64,000 bases of DNA from Eledone cirrhosa. Taxonomy: Eukaryota. Positions 15,060 through 27,408 of this stretch are shown piece by piece (the first letter of the stretch is position 1; every line of letters starts with the position of its first letter). A program made the position numbers and the translations under genes. The notes beneath the pieces were generated by a model, which ran no database searches, was not told where the DNA came from, and saw only the letters and a list, made by a program, of their open reading frames with translations. The stretch spans positions 169,074,001-169,138,000 of the forward strand of contig OZ024743.1 in NCBI GenBank assembly GCA_964016885.1, in the 5' to 3' direction.

Positions 15060-16068
15060 CACACCAATAAGTAATGGTATAAACATAAATATACTTACCT
15101 ACTACAACAAGATGTAAATCATCCGCGTATATTTCGTACTATCCGTTAGGGTACAATGTGGGGCTGTAATACAGGAAAGTTTTATGCAATTTGTGTATAC
15201 AAGCCGAAAAAACCTCAGATTTTTTGTTTAAAATATGGTCATTGGCTTAGAGTGTTTCCAGGACAAAGATCGCAAGTTCTTTTGTATCCGTTATACGATC
15301 TAGCTTGTAAGTGTAACCTATATTGGGTGTGGTTGTCTTTTAGACTCCAGCAATTAGCTGAAAGTGACGTCATATTCCTTCTTAAAGGGTTAAGAAAAGA
15401 ATGGGAATGCATGTAAAGACGCTGCTTGAATCTATTGGTGGTTAAACCTATGTAGATCCTACTAGACGTGCGTGCTTACAATATTACTGGCTTCCCGATT
15501 CCTAAAATTACAGTTAGTACTAGCTACACAGTTTCTAGTGTTACTACGGCTAGGTAATTTTGCTAAATCTGATGCAGTGATGTTATGTGCAAAGTTAGGA
15601 GTCGTAGAGTAAGATATTTTAACAGTATTTCTATTAAAAATGTTATAACATTTATGTGCTGAGGGGAAATTCTTCTTAATTAGGGAGAGAACAATTTTAG
15701 CTAATGGTGTGGCCACTTACATATTACATGGTGGGTTATACCATCTAATGCTTCAGGATCTATTTTTCCTAGGTTTATGCTCATACTTAGTATATGCTAC
15801 CTTATCGACAAATCCACTCCGAGCAAGAGCTTAATTGTAATATGTGGAATGATTGGTGAAAATATGCTCGTTTGTAGATAGACGAGAAAGCCTCAATGAA
15901 AAGTTTCTTACCAGGTTCTTGGTTATGCTGGCAGGATGGTTAGAATACTTGCTGGTGTAATTAAGCGTATCATTCGGCTTTCTGTACGGGTAGTGTAAAC
16001 CTTTCGACAAGTTGAGGGTAACGTCGAGGTAATTTACAACAGAGAGGTTAGCCTCAACTTGTATGGAG
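15060..16068 (-). pseudogene. Penelope-like element fragment (RT C-terminus, linker, GIY-YIG)
   Basis: VVNYLDVTLNL, YRKPND..Y..SNHP, FNRNTVKISYS motifs; same family as 44901-46098. Confidence 0.85.
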
Positions 16069-16421
16069 GGGTTTGTATGTTGTGTATATGTGTACATAGG
16101 GTTTTGGTATATGTACGTTCGTTGAACATTTACGTGTAGGTATGTGTGTGTGTTACATATGCATATATGTGTGTATATTTATATATGAGCATGTATATGT
16201 ACGTACGGCGTGCGTTTTCGCGTATGCACGTATATGTACGTATATAGATATGTGTATGCATCTAAACTATAATAAAGTAAGGAGTGCGTGACTACATGTG
16301 TATGATGTGTGTATATATATATATATAATTGTATAAATATATATACTATATATATATATATAATATATATACTATATATATATATATAATATATATATAT
16401 ATATAATTGTATAAATATATA

Positions 16422-16481
<60 letters not shown>

Positions 16482-16487
<6 letters not shown>

Positions 16488-17074
16488 ATACTTTGGGAGG
16501 GTCATGTTGCCAATAAGAAACACACGCACCAGTTGCTTTCACTTCAATTTATTATAATAAATTTATAAATTTAGGAATTTATAAATTTCCGGTAGGTTGG
16601 TTGGTTCCACAACCAGATGGTTCTTTATATATTGTCAAAGTTCTTTCGTCACACATTATGTGACCTCTTCAGTGACTGGGGATTATTTTCTTTGTTTGTG
16701 TGCCTCTCCTTTGTTCTGTCCTACGCCATCTTGTTTCTGTGTGTGTGTTGTGTGCTCAGTCTGTGCATGCGCCACATCCGGGTGTCTGTGTGTGTTTATA
16801 TTCGTTTATTTATTTGTTTATTTACATGTTACAGGTTGGTTGTTTGTTCTATGTGCGTGTGTGTTTTCATTTTGTCCTTAATTGTAAGTTGTGATGTTGC
16901 TGTTCCACTCATGTTTTCTATTTAATTTTGGTTGTAATTCTTTTATGTTTATTGCCTCTGTGATTTGTCTAAACATTGCGTCTTTTCTGTGTGTAGATTC
17001 TATTTTTATTTCTATGTGCTCTAATTTACCCTTATGTTATATTTTAGCATGTTGGTAGAGTACAGATGATTCTT

Positions 17075-17078
<4 letters not shown>
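16482..17078 (-). mobile_element. PLE 3' end (GIY-YIG C-terminus RQITEA..I..LQPKLNRKHEW + pseudo-LTR)
   Basis: minus-strand translation; related copy 26153-26650 with inverted piece 26655-26775. Confidence 0.7.
16634..16676 (-). ncRNA. Minimal hammerhead ribozyme motif
   Basis: GTCA-CTGAAGA-GGTCACAT-AAT-GTGTGAC-GAAA-GAAC-TT-TGAC on minus strand. Confidence 0.7.
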
Positions 17079-17154
<76 letters not shown>

Positions 17155-17159
<5 letters not shown>

Positions 17160-18376
17160 TACTTGGGAAGGGCATATTGTTGTAATAATATTGCCAGAAT
17201 TAATAACAGAACACACTCACTGTTTTGTTGGTTTTCGCTTCTGTATATTTTATATGAGTTAATTCATTCGGTCCTCAATGTTTACCATTGACTGACCAAC
17301 GGTCAAAAGTACAGATATAATATAGACATAAACACATATATATAGTCTAACAAAGTTCTTTCGTTGCACATCTGCAACATCGTCAGTGGTGCTATTATGT
17401 TTCCACCTGTTGTATTGTATGTCTACGCCATCTTTATTTAATCCGTTTATTTATCTATTTATTTATTTATGTTTGTCTTCTTCTCTGCGCATGCGTTTGC
17501 GTGTGTGTATAGTGTTTGGTGTGTGTTCGCGTTTGGGTGACTGTATTTTGGTTATTCTATTCTGTCTTAGTTCACTAGTGTGTGCTTATATGTGTTTGTT
17601 GTTATTGTGTAGATATTTATTTATTTATTTATATTTCTCTTAAGTTAGTATTGTTTGTTTGGGTGTTGTTATTCCATTCATGTTGTCTGTTTAGTCTTGG
17701 CCTTCTAAGTTCTATTTCACTTGCCTCTCTGATTTGCCTATCTGCTGGGTCATTTCTATGTTTAGATATTATTTTAATTTCTATGTTGTCTATGTTACCG
17801 TCATGTTGTTGTCTGACGTGTTCGTATAGTACTGACCCGTTTTATCGCGTTTTTAGTTCCCCCTAGTGTTGGTCAATCTCTTCACGTATGCTACGAGCTG
17901 TCTCACCTATGTATGTTATTGTCATGTTTCTGCAAGTACCCTCTGTACATCTTATGCTATAGACTACGTTTCTAGTTTTACAGTTCATCCGGGGGTTTAT
18001 TTTACATATAATATATTTCCTATTAGTGGGTTTTCTTAAAAGGGTAGGTTTTGCTGATCAGGGATTTGATGGTAGTTCCTGGCTTTTCTACCAACTTAAT
18101 CTTTAAGTGGGTCTTTCTCAGGCCCTTTCTACACTGGTTAGCTAATTTCCCTCCAGGGGTAGCGCCCACGAACATGACACCCTGGTATCTCTGGTTGTCG
18201 TACCATGAGGTGTCTTTCCCTATCTTATGTTTAGTACTATCTAAGCTATTCCATGATTTGCTCCTGTATAATGGGCACATTCCTTTCATGTCCAGTTCTA
18301 TGAGTGTCTTATACTTCTCTGTGTCTCCTTCGTATACTCTGATTCTGTCTCTTTGGTTGTAGCTAGAGAAATGCAT
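17155..18376 (-). pseudogene. PLE (Naiad-like) RT thumb/linker + GIY-YIG fragment and pseudo-LTR
   Basis: FVGATPGGKL...KLVEKPG; CKTRNVVYSIRC...YIGETARS; RQIREA..I...LNRQHEW; hammerhead-like CTGACGA-TGTTGCA-GATG-TGCAAC-GAAA-GAAC-TT at ~17349-17390. Confidence 0.75.
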
Positions 18377-18480
18377 GGGGTTGATGAAGTGTCATTCCAT
18401 TTCTGCTGGGTCGTATATGCGCGACACGTTCTTCATCACCTTACCAACTCTGCGATTAGGAAATGTAAGAAAGGGAGTGC

Positions 18481-18528
18481 TAAGCTCTGAGGAATACCAA
18501 CAGTATGAAACGGAGATCTGTCAGCTTA
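18481..18528 (+). ncRNA. Type I hammerhead ribozyme, satellite unit 1 (intact core)
   Basis: TAAGCT/AGCTTA stem I, CTGAGGA, ATAC/GTAT stem II, GAAA, CGGA/TCTG stem III, GTC site. Confidence 0.88.
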
Positions 18529-20415
18529 TCTCCCTTTGTTTGTTGAAAAAAGAAGTAAGCGACATAGTCACTACTTTAAAACAATAACGTAAGATCTTCA
18601 AAATGCTTTTAATTAAGAATACAGTGTATTACCAAATACACTATATATACATTCATATATAAATCGCTATTTCAGAGCACCAATTCTAATTTTCAATTTG
18701 TGCCTTGACCGGCAACCACTCTGTATAATCAGTCCCTGATTATTACTGGAATTCTATAAGAATCCAACATTTATAATTTTTCAACAAACACGGAAGTGCT
18801 AAGCGCTGAGGAATACCAACAGTATGAAACAGAGATCTGTCAGCTTATCTACCTTTGTCTGTTGAAATAATAAGTAAGTGACATAGTCACTACTTTAAAA
18901 CAATAGCGTAAGGCCTTGAATATACTTTTAATTAACCAACAGTGTATTACCAATTACATTATATATACATTCATATATATATCGCCATTTCTGAGAACCA
19001 ATTCTAATTTTCAATGTTTGCCTTGACCGGCAACAACTCTGTATAATCAGTTCCTGATTATTACTGGAATTCTATAAGAATCCAACATTCATAATTTTTC
19101 AAGAAACAAGGGGATTGCTAAGCGCTGAGGAATACCACCAGTGTTAAACAAAGATCTGTCAGTTTATCTCCGTGTCTTTGTTGAGAAAAGTAGTAAGTGA
19201 CATAGTCACTACTTTAAAACAATAGCGTAAGGACTTCAAAAAACTTTTAATTAAGCATACAATGTATTACCAAATACACTATATATACATTCATATAAAC
19301 ATAGCTATTTCTGAGAACCAATTCTAATTTTCAATTTTTGCTGGACCGGCAACAACTCGGTATAATCAGTTCCTGATTATTACTGGGATTCCATAAGAAT
19401 CCAACATTCATAATTTTTTAACAAACAAGCGCTGAGGAATACCAACAGTGTAAAACAGAGAAATGTCACCTTATCTCCCTTTGTTTGTTGAAAAAAAAAG
19501 TAAATGACAGGCACTAAATTAAAAAATATAGCGTAAGTTCTTGTAAATACTGTTAATTAAGTATACAGTGTATTACCAAACACACTATATACACATTCAT
19601 ATATACATCACTATTTCTGAGCACCAATTCTGATTTTCAATATTTTCTAGACCGGCAACCGCTCTTTATAATCAGTTCCTGATGATTACTGGAATTCTGT
19701 AAGAATGCAACATTCATACTTTTTCAAGAAACAGGGGGAGTGCTAAGCGCTGAGGAATACCAACAGTGTGAAACAGATCTGTCAGCTTAGCTCCCTTTGT
19801 TTGTTGAAAAAAGTAGTAAGTGACAGTCACTACTTCTAAACAATAGCGTAAAGGTCTCCAAAATAATTTTGATTAGGCAAACCGTGTATTACCAAATGCA
19901 CTATATATACATTCATATATAGTGTATTACAAAATACACTATATATACATTCATATATACAACGCTATTTCTGAGCACCAATTCTAATTTCCAATTCTTG
20001 CTGGACAGGCAACCACTCTGTATAATCAGTTCCTGATAATTACTGGAATTCCATAAGAATCCAACATTCATAATTTTTCAACAAACAAGGGGATTGCTAA
20101 CCTCTTAGGAAAATCAACAGTATGAAACAGAGATCTGTCAGCTTATCCCCGTTTATTTGTTGAAAAACGAAGTAAGTGGCATAGTCACTACTTTAAAACA
20201 GTAGCTTAAGTTCTTGAAAATACTTTCCATTAAGCATACAGTGTATTACCAAATACACTATATATACATTCATATATACATCGCTATTTCTGAGCACCAA
20301 TTCTGATTTAAATTTCTGCTGGACAGGCAGCCACTTTGAATAATCAGTTCCTGATTATTACTGGAATTCTATAGGAATCCAACATCTATAATTTTTCAAG
20401 AAACAAAGGCATTGC

Positions 20416-20463
20416 TAAGCTCTGAAGAAAACCATCAGTTTGAAACAGAGATCTGTCAGCTTA
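20416..20463 (+). ncRNA. Type I hammerhead ribozyme, satellite unit 7 (intact core, compensatory stem II)
   Basis: TAAGCT-CTGAAGA-AAAC-CATCA-GTTT-GAAA-CAGAGATCTG-TC-AGCTTA. Confidence 0.88.
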
Positions 20464-20790
20464 TCTCCCTTTGTTTGTTGAAAAAAGAAGTAAGTAACAT
20501 AGTCACTACTTGAAAACAATAGCGTAAGTTCTTCAAATTTATTTTAATTAAGCATACAGTGTATTACCAAATACACTATATATACATTCATATATACATC
20601 GCTATTTCTGAGCACCAATTCTAATTTTCAATTTTTGCTGGACAGGCTACCACTCTGTATAATCAGTTCCTGATAATTACTGGAATTCTATAAGAATCCA
20701 ACATTCATAATATTTCAACAAACAAGAGGATTGCTAACCTCTGATGAAAAGCAACAGTATGAAAGAAAGATCTGTCAGCTTATTTCTCTT

Positions 20791-21252
20791 TGTTTGTTTG
20801 TCAACAAACCGAACAGCCTGAATTTATGCCATACGGTGTTAAGGCAACCACGTCACCTTTTTGTTCAACACTGACACAGGAACGATGTACTAGTTTCAAG
20901 CTTGTTAGCTATCATCAGCACCGTTTACCCATCTGCCAGATAGTTGAACGTTCGAAAGTATATACTTTCCTTATGAAAATTAACGGCTGAGCAGCCTAAT
21001 TTGAGTTAACTCACTCAATATGCAAATTAGGCTGCTCAGCCGTTAATTTTGATAAGGAAAGTATATACTTTCGAACGTTCAACTATCTGGCAGATGGGTA
21101 AACGGTGCTGATGATAGCTAACAAGCTTGAAACTAGTACATCGTTGCTGTGTCAGTGTTGAACAAAAAAAAAAAAAAAAAAAAAAAGGTGACGTGGTTGC
21201 CTTAACACCGTATGGCATAAATTGAGGCTGTTCGGTTTGTTGACAAACAAAC
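20791..21252. repeat. Palindromic PLE-type pseudo-LTR pair, each arm with a hammerhead motif
   Basis: arms ~20791-21002 and ~21024-21252; AACGGTG-CTGATGA-TAGCT-AACA-AGCTT-GAAA-CTAG-TA-CATCGTT at 21101-21145 (+) and 20881-20925 (-). Confidence 0.8.
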
Positions 21253-21321
21253 GAACAAAGCGACGTTATAATAAACGTCGGCTAAACTGATGCGTGCATA
21301 TATGTATGTGTACCTGTATGC

Positions 21322-21364
<43 letters not shown>

Positions 21365-21476
21365 TGCTACTGTACGTCTGTATACATATATGTATGTACG
21401 TATACATACATACTTACATTTAAGTAAGTGCCATACTAAGAGTGAGAAATGAAATTTCGTTTTCATTTTTTTTCAA

Positions 21477-21523
<47 letters not shown>

Positions 21524-21609
21524 ATATCCATACATATACTATATATATATATATGCTATATATACTATATATACATATATATATATAGTATATATATATA
21601 CATATAGTA

Positions 21610-23630
21610 TAGTAATAATAATAAATTTGAAGACTAAAATCCAAAGAGGTCTCGATAAGGATTAATATATATCAAATATATAAGAACCGTAGAGCAAATA
21701 TTTATTAAAATAACAGATTAAAGTTTAAGCAAAGAATCGCTGCTTTCACCCTTAACGGGATCTTCTGAAACTAACAAAGTCAATCTGTAAACGCAGAAGT
21801 GGATATTTCAAAAAACATTTCAACCTGAGGAAGACAGGAAGTCGATACTTTGGTTCGTGGAAACGTTCCCTGGCAAAGAACGGGAAAAAACGAATATAAT
21901 ACGTCATATGTGGAGCGTGGAGAACAATTGCACGCAACGACAAAACCACGTAAATGGTATAGCAGAAGTCGTAGACTAAAATTCTAACTAGGAGACCGAA
22001 TGAATCTCCGCTTCAGAGAGTTAAGAATAAAGTAAATAAATACAACACAGAGGTAATAAAAATTAAATAAATACATATACGCATACAACACGTACATACA
22101 CAAGCATACGCGAAAACACTTACCATAGTTATACAAAACCACACACATATAAATATGTGTGCGTGTGTGCGTGTATACAAATAATTAAATAAACGTATAT
22201 AAATAAATAAATAAATACGTATATAACAAGCGCACACACATACCTAGATGTAAATACACAAATGTTCGGAGACGTAAGTCAACCAAAACATGAAGTACAC
22301 ATATACACACACCCTACATACGTACGAACCCGCATACTCACACAGACGCAAAACTCCCGTATACACATAACCAGACCATATGTACCAGAATATATGAAAT
22401 AAAATTATACGCCAACATATACAATCGAATATACGTACGAGAAAGTATACGTACCTTCACAAAACATACAGGTAATATATACTTACCTATACAAATAAGT
22501 AATGGTATAAACAAAACAAATACTTAGCTACCACATCAAGACGTAAAATATCCACGTATAGATTGTACTATCCGTTAGGGTATAACGTGGGGCTGTAATA
22601 CAGCAAAGTTTTGTGCAATTTATGATTACAAGCCGAAATTGCCTCATATTTTTTGTTTCAGATGTGGTCTGTGGCGTAGAGTATTTCCAGGGCCTCAGCG
22701 GCGCAGAGGTCACATGGTCTTTTATTTCCGTTATACGATCTAGACCTAGCTAGGAATTCCCAGTGTAACTTATGTTGGGTGTGGTTGTCTTTTAGACTCC
22801 AGATATAAGCTGAAAGTGACGTCATATTCCTTCTTAGAGGGTAACGAAAAGAATGGGTATGCATGTAAAGACGCTGCTTGAATCTATTGGCGGTTAACCC
22901 TATGTAGGCCCTACGGGATGTGCGGGTTTCAACCTTACAATTGTAGACAAGGTTACTAGAGAGGCATTCCCCGGATAGGAGCAATCAACCCGATTCCTAC
23001 AATTACAGTTAGTACTAACTACAGGGTTGCATGTATTCCTACGGCTAGGTAGTTTAGCTAAATTTGAAGCTGTGATGTTATGTGCAAGGTTAGGAGTCGT
23101 AGAGTAAGAAATTTTAATAGTATTTCTATTAAAAATTTTACTATATTTATGTGTAGGGGGAAAATGCTTCGTAATAAGGGAAAGAAAAGATCTTAGCAAA
23201 TGGTGTGGCCACCTCCATATTATATGGTGGTTTATAGCAACAAAAGCGACGGGACCTATTTCTTCTAGGTCTATTTTCATACTCTGTATATGCTACCTTA
23301 TCGACAAATCCACTCCGAGTAAGAGCTTCATTGTAATAAGTGGAATGGTCGTTGAAAATATGCTCGTTTACCATAAACGTGGTTCTGTCTTTGCGCGTAA
23401 TTGTTTTTCATCGCTCCTATTAATGACGTATTATATTCGTTTTTTCCCGTTCTTTGCCAGGGAACGTTTCCACGAACCAAAGTATCGTCTTCCTGTCTTC
23501 CTCCGGTTGCAACGTTTTTTGAAATATCCACTTCTGCGTTTACAGATTGACTTTGTTAGTTTCAGAAGATCCCGTTAAGGGTGAAAGCAGCGATTCTTTG
23601 CTTAAACTTTAATCTGTTATTTTAATAAAT
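21610..23630 (-). mobile_element. 5'-truncated PLE with GIY-YIG remnant, 3' pseudo-LTR and inverted 5' pseudo-LTR (23370-23630)
   Basis: ORF fragments 22658..23374 (LVYNCKV..AYIGLT); reverse complement of 45290-47170 family. Confidence 0.85.
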
Positions 23631-23799
23631 ATATATAGTATATATGTATGGAGTATATATATAGTATATATATATAGTATATATATATAGTATATATATA
23701 TGTATATATATATATAGTATATATATATAGTATATATATAGTATATATATTGTATATATAGTATATATATATTTATATAAATAGTATATATATATATAT

Positions 23800-24400
23800 A
23801 TATATAAGTATGTATACGTATATACATATATCTATACAGACGTACAGTAGTATGTATATATATATATACATACATGCATACATATATATATGTACGTATG
23901 GATTCACCGAACATTTATTATAATGCTCGGTGTGTTTGTAAACAAACATCCCGAATTAAGCCGTACAGTGTCTAGGAACCATCGTTGCTCATTTGTTCAA
24001 CACTGACAAATGATCGCTGTACTAGTTTCAAGCTTATTAGCTATCGTCAGCAACATATACCTTCCTGCCAGATGGTTGAACGTCTGAAAGTATATACTTT
24101 CCTTTTGCATATTAACGGCTGAGCAGCCTAATTTGCATATCGAGTGAGTTAATCGGCCGATAGCTAATAAACTTGAAACTAGTACAGCGTTCCTTTGTCA
24201 GTGTTGAACAAATGAGCAACGATGGTTGCTAGACACTGTACGGCTTAATTCTGGATGTTTGTTTCCAAACACACAGAGCATTATAATAAATGTTCGCTGA
24301 ATCCTTACGCACATATATATATGTGTGCATATATGTATATATATATATACATACTACTGTACGTCTGTATACATATATGTATGTACGTATACATACTTAT
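23800..24400. repeat. Second palindromic copy of the 20791-21252 family
   Basis: inverted arms around ~24150; hammerhead motif GTTG-CTGACGA-TAGCT-AATA-AGCTT-GAAA-CTAG-TA-CAGC on minus strand at 24016-24054. Confidence 0.7.
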
Positions 24401-24519
24401 ATTTAAGTAACAGCCGTACTAAGAGTGAGAAATGAAATTTCGTTTCATTTTTTCCGTTAATATATATATTTATATATACCATATATACATACTAATATAA
24501 TCTAAATATATAAAAATAG

Positions 24520-24554
<35 letters not shown>

Positions 24555-25129
24555 AGATATATTTACTATATCTATATATATAGATATAGTATATATATAA
24601 ATATATTATATATATATAATATATATATAGTATATATATATATATGTTATGTATATATGTTATGTATATATATAATATATATATATAGAATGTATATATA
24701 ACTACAAAATGTATATATATATATATATATATATAGTTAAAAGAATAGAGGTGTAACACACAAGTTATTATATATTGGTAAACGGAATAGAAAATGCTGA
24801 CAAATTGTTCACAGTTGAAAAATGGTTTAATTAGGAATAAAAGAGTATTAGTGATTGTATGGGTTAGTATTCAGTTGTGGTTTTAAGTTTTTAAGTTTTT
24901 ACCGGTTGCGCATTTCTAAATGCTTTTCAAAAATAATTTTGAGATAGAGTGTCCGTGCTGTTTGCTCTGATCTGATTAGTTTTGGGAATTCTACCTGTTT
25001 TTATGTTAAAAAAGTGGCTCCAGCGTTATTTTTGTGTTGCAAAAATGCTTGTGGTCAAAACAATTTTGATTGGTCGGTAGAGGTCATGTGAATGTAAAAA
25101 GTTGATTTTGCGCCAAGACTGTTTTTATG

Positions 25130-25389
25130 TTAAAAAAGTGGCTCCAGCAAAAATTCTTGGTCAAAACAATTTTGATTGGTCGGTAGAGGTCATGTGGATA
25201 AAAAGTTGGTTTTGCGCCAAGATTGAGAAATGACTCTATCACAGTAGTAGTAGTAAGGTGTTCGATGCTGCGACAATGGCCAGCAGCGATATGTGTGTCA
25301 AATATCTTAATAGCCATTTGACACACATCGCTGCTGGCCATTGTCGCAGCATCGAACACCTTACTACTACTACTACACACACACACACA

Positions 25390-25470
<81 letters not shown>

Positions 25471-25602
25471 ACACACACACATATTTGTTGTGAAAGAGTC
25501 ATTTCTCAATCTTGGCGCAAAACCAATTTTTTATCCACATGACATCTACCGACCAATCAAAATTGTTTTGACCAAGAATTTTTGCTGGAGCCACTTTTTT
25601 AA
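25130..25602. mobile_element. Foldback/MITE-like element with ~110-bp terminal inverted repeats and a nested ~130-bp hairpin
   Basis: 25130-25237 vs 25495-25602 inverted; inner palindrome 25243-25375; extra partial direct unit 24995-25118. Confidence 0.65.
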
Positions 25603-25604
25603 GT

Positions 25605-26098
25605 GTATGTATTATTTGTTTCTATTACTTCTGTATTGTATTTATTTACTTTGTTCTTAACTCTGTAGCGGAGATTCATTTTGTCTCCTAGTTAGAATTT
25701 TAGTCTACAACTTCTGCTATACCATTTACGTGGTTTTGTCTTTGCGTGCTATTGTTCTCCACGGTCCACATATGACTTATTATCTTTGTTTTTTCGTTCA
25801 TTGCCAGAGAACGTCTCTATGCACCACCTAAGAGACCTCTTTTATACCATAAACGTGGTTGTGTCTTTGCGCGTAATTGTTTTTCACCGCTCCTATTAAT
25901 GACGTGTTATTCGTTTTTTCCGGTTCTTTGCCAGCGAACGTTTCCACGAACCAAAGTATCGTCTTCCTGTCTTCCTCCGGTTGCAACGTTTTTTGAAATA
26001 TCCACTTCTGCGTTTACAGATTGACTTTGTTAGTTTCAGAAGATCCCGTTAAGGGTGAAAGCAGCGATTCTTTGCTTAAACTTTAATCTGTTATTTTA

Positions 26099-26105
<7 letters not shown>
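25605..26105 (+). mobile_element. PLE pseudo-LTR fragment (same family as 46570-47090)
   Basis: direct similarity by eye; CAGAAGA hammerhead-like motif at 26017-26090. Confidence 0.75.
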
Positions 26106-26158
<53 letters not shown>

Positions 26159-26310
26159 ATACTTTGGGAGAGTCATGTTGCCAATAAGAAACACACGCAC
26201 CAGTTGCTTTCACTTCAATTTATTATATATTTATAAATTTATAAATCTACAAACTTATAAATTTCTGGTTGGTTGGTTGGTTCCACAACCAGATAGTTGT
26301 TTATATATAT

Positions 26311-26355
26311 AGTCATAGTCCTTTCGTCACACACTCTGTGACCTCTTCAGTGACT
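26311..26355 (-). ncRNA. Minimal hammerhead ribozyme motif
   Basis: AGTCA-CTGAAGA-GGTCACAG-AGTG-TGTGAC-GAAA-GGAC-TA-TGACT on minus strand. Confidence 0.75.
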
Positions 26356-27061
26356 GGGGATTCCTTTCTTTGTTTCTGTGCCTTTCCTTTCTTCTGTCCT
26401 ACGCCATTTTGTTTCTGTGTGTGTGTTGTGTGCTCAGTTTGCGCATGCGCCACATCCGGGTGTCTGTGTGTGTTTGTGTTCATTTATCTATTTGTTTATT
26501 TATTTACATGTTGTTGGTTGGTTGTTTGTTCTATGTGTGTGTGTGTTTTCATTTTGTCCTTAATTGTAGGTTGTGATGTTGCTGTTCCACTCATATTTTC
26601 TATTTAATTTTGGTTGTAATTCTTTTATGCTTACTGCCTCTGTAATTTGCCTACCAACCAGAAATTTATAAGTTTGTAAATTTATAAATTTATAAATATA
26701 TAATAAATTGAAGTGACAGCAACTGGTGCGTGTGTTTCTTATTGGCAACATGACCCTCCCAAAGTATAACAATATCGGTTTCAACACACGATTTCAGATA
26801 AAGAATCTTGCTAAACAAATTCAGAAACGAAATATATATATATATATATATACTATATATATATGTATACTATATGTATAGTATATATATATACTATACA
26901 TATCGTATACATATATATATAGTATACATACACACATACATATATATATATATATAAATATAGTATATATATATAGAGTATACATACATATATAGATATA
27001 TATAGTATACATACATACATATATTTATATATATATAGTATACATATATATATATAATATA

Positions 27062-27100
<39 letters not shown>

Positions 27101-27333
27101 ATACTTTGGGAGGGTCATATATATATATACGTATATATATATTATATATTTATATAGTATATATATATATAGTATGCATACATATATAAGTATATATATA
27201 TAAATTATATATAAAGTATATATACTACATATATGTATCGTATATATATATATAGTATATGTCTATATATATATAGTGCATATATATATAGTATATATAT
27301 ACCACATATATATACTATATATATATATATATG

Positions 27334-27408
<75 letters not shown>

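Larger units (their letters stand above)
18472..20800 (+). repeat. ~319-bp tandem satellite, ~7.3 units, each with a Type I hammerhead ribozyme motif (retrozyme-like)
   Basis: GTC cleavage triplets at 18520, 18839, 19158, 19465, 19781, 20137, 20455, 20774; consensus TAAGC(T/G)-CTGAGGA-ATAC-CAACA-GTAT-GAAA-CAGAGATCTG-TC-AGCTTA. Confidence 0.92.

Noticed and set aside
17960-18030. Selenocysteine (in-frame TGA) usage as in some Naiad PLEs
   Set aside because: Stops in the cysteine-rich linker are TAA/TAG in a frameshifted, decayed copy; no TGA at a Cys position seen
18472-20800. Regularly spaced repeats as a CRISPR array
   Set aside because: Whole ~319-bp unit is repeated, no unique spacers, eukaryotic context, no cas genes
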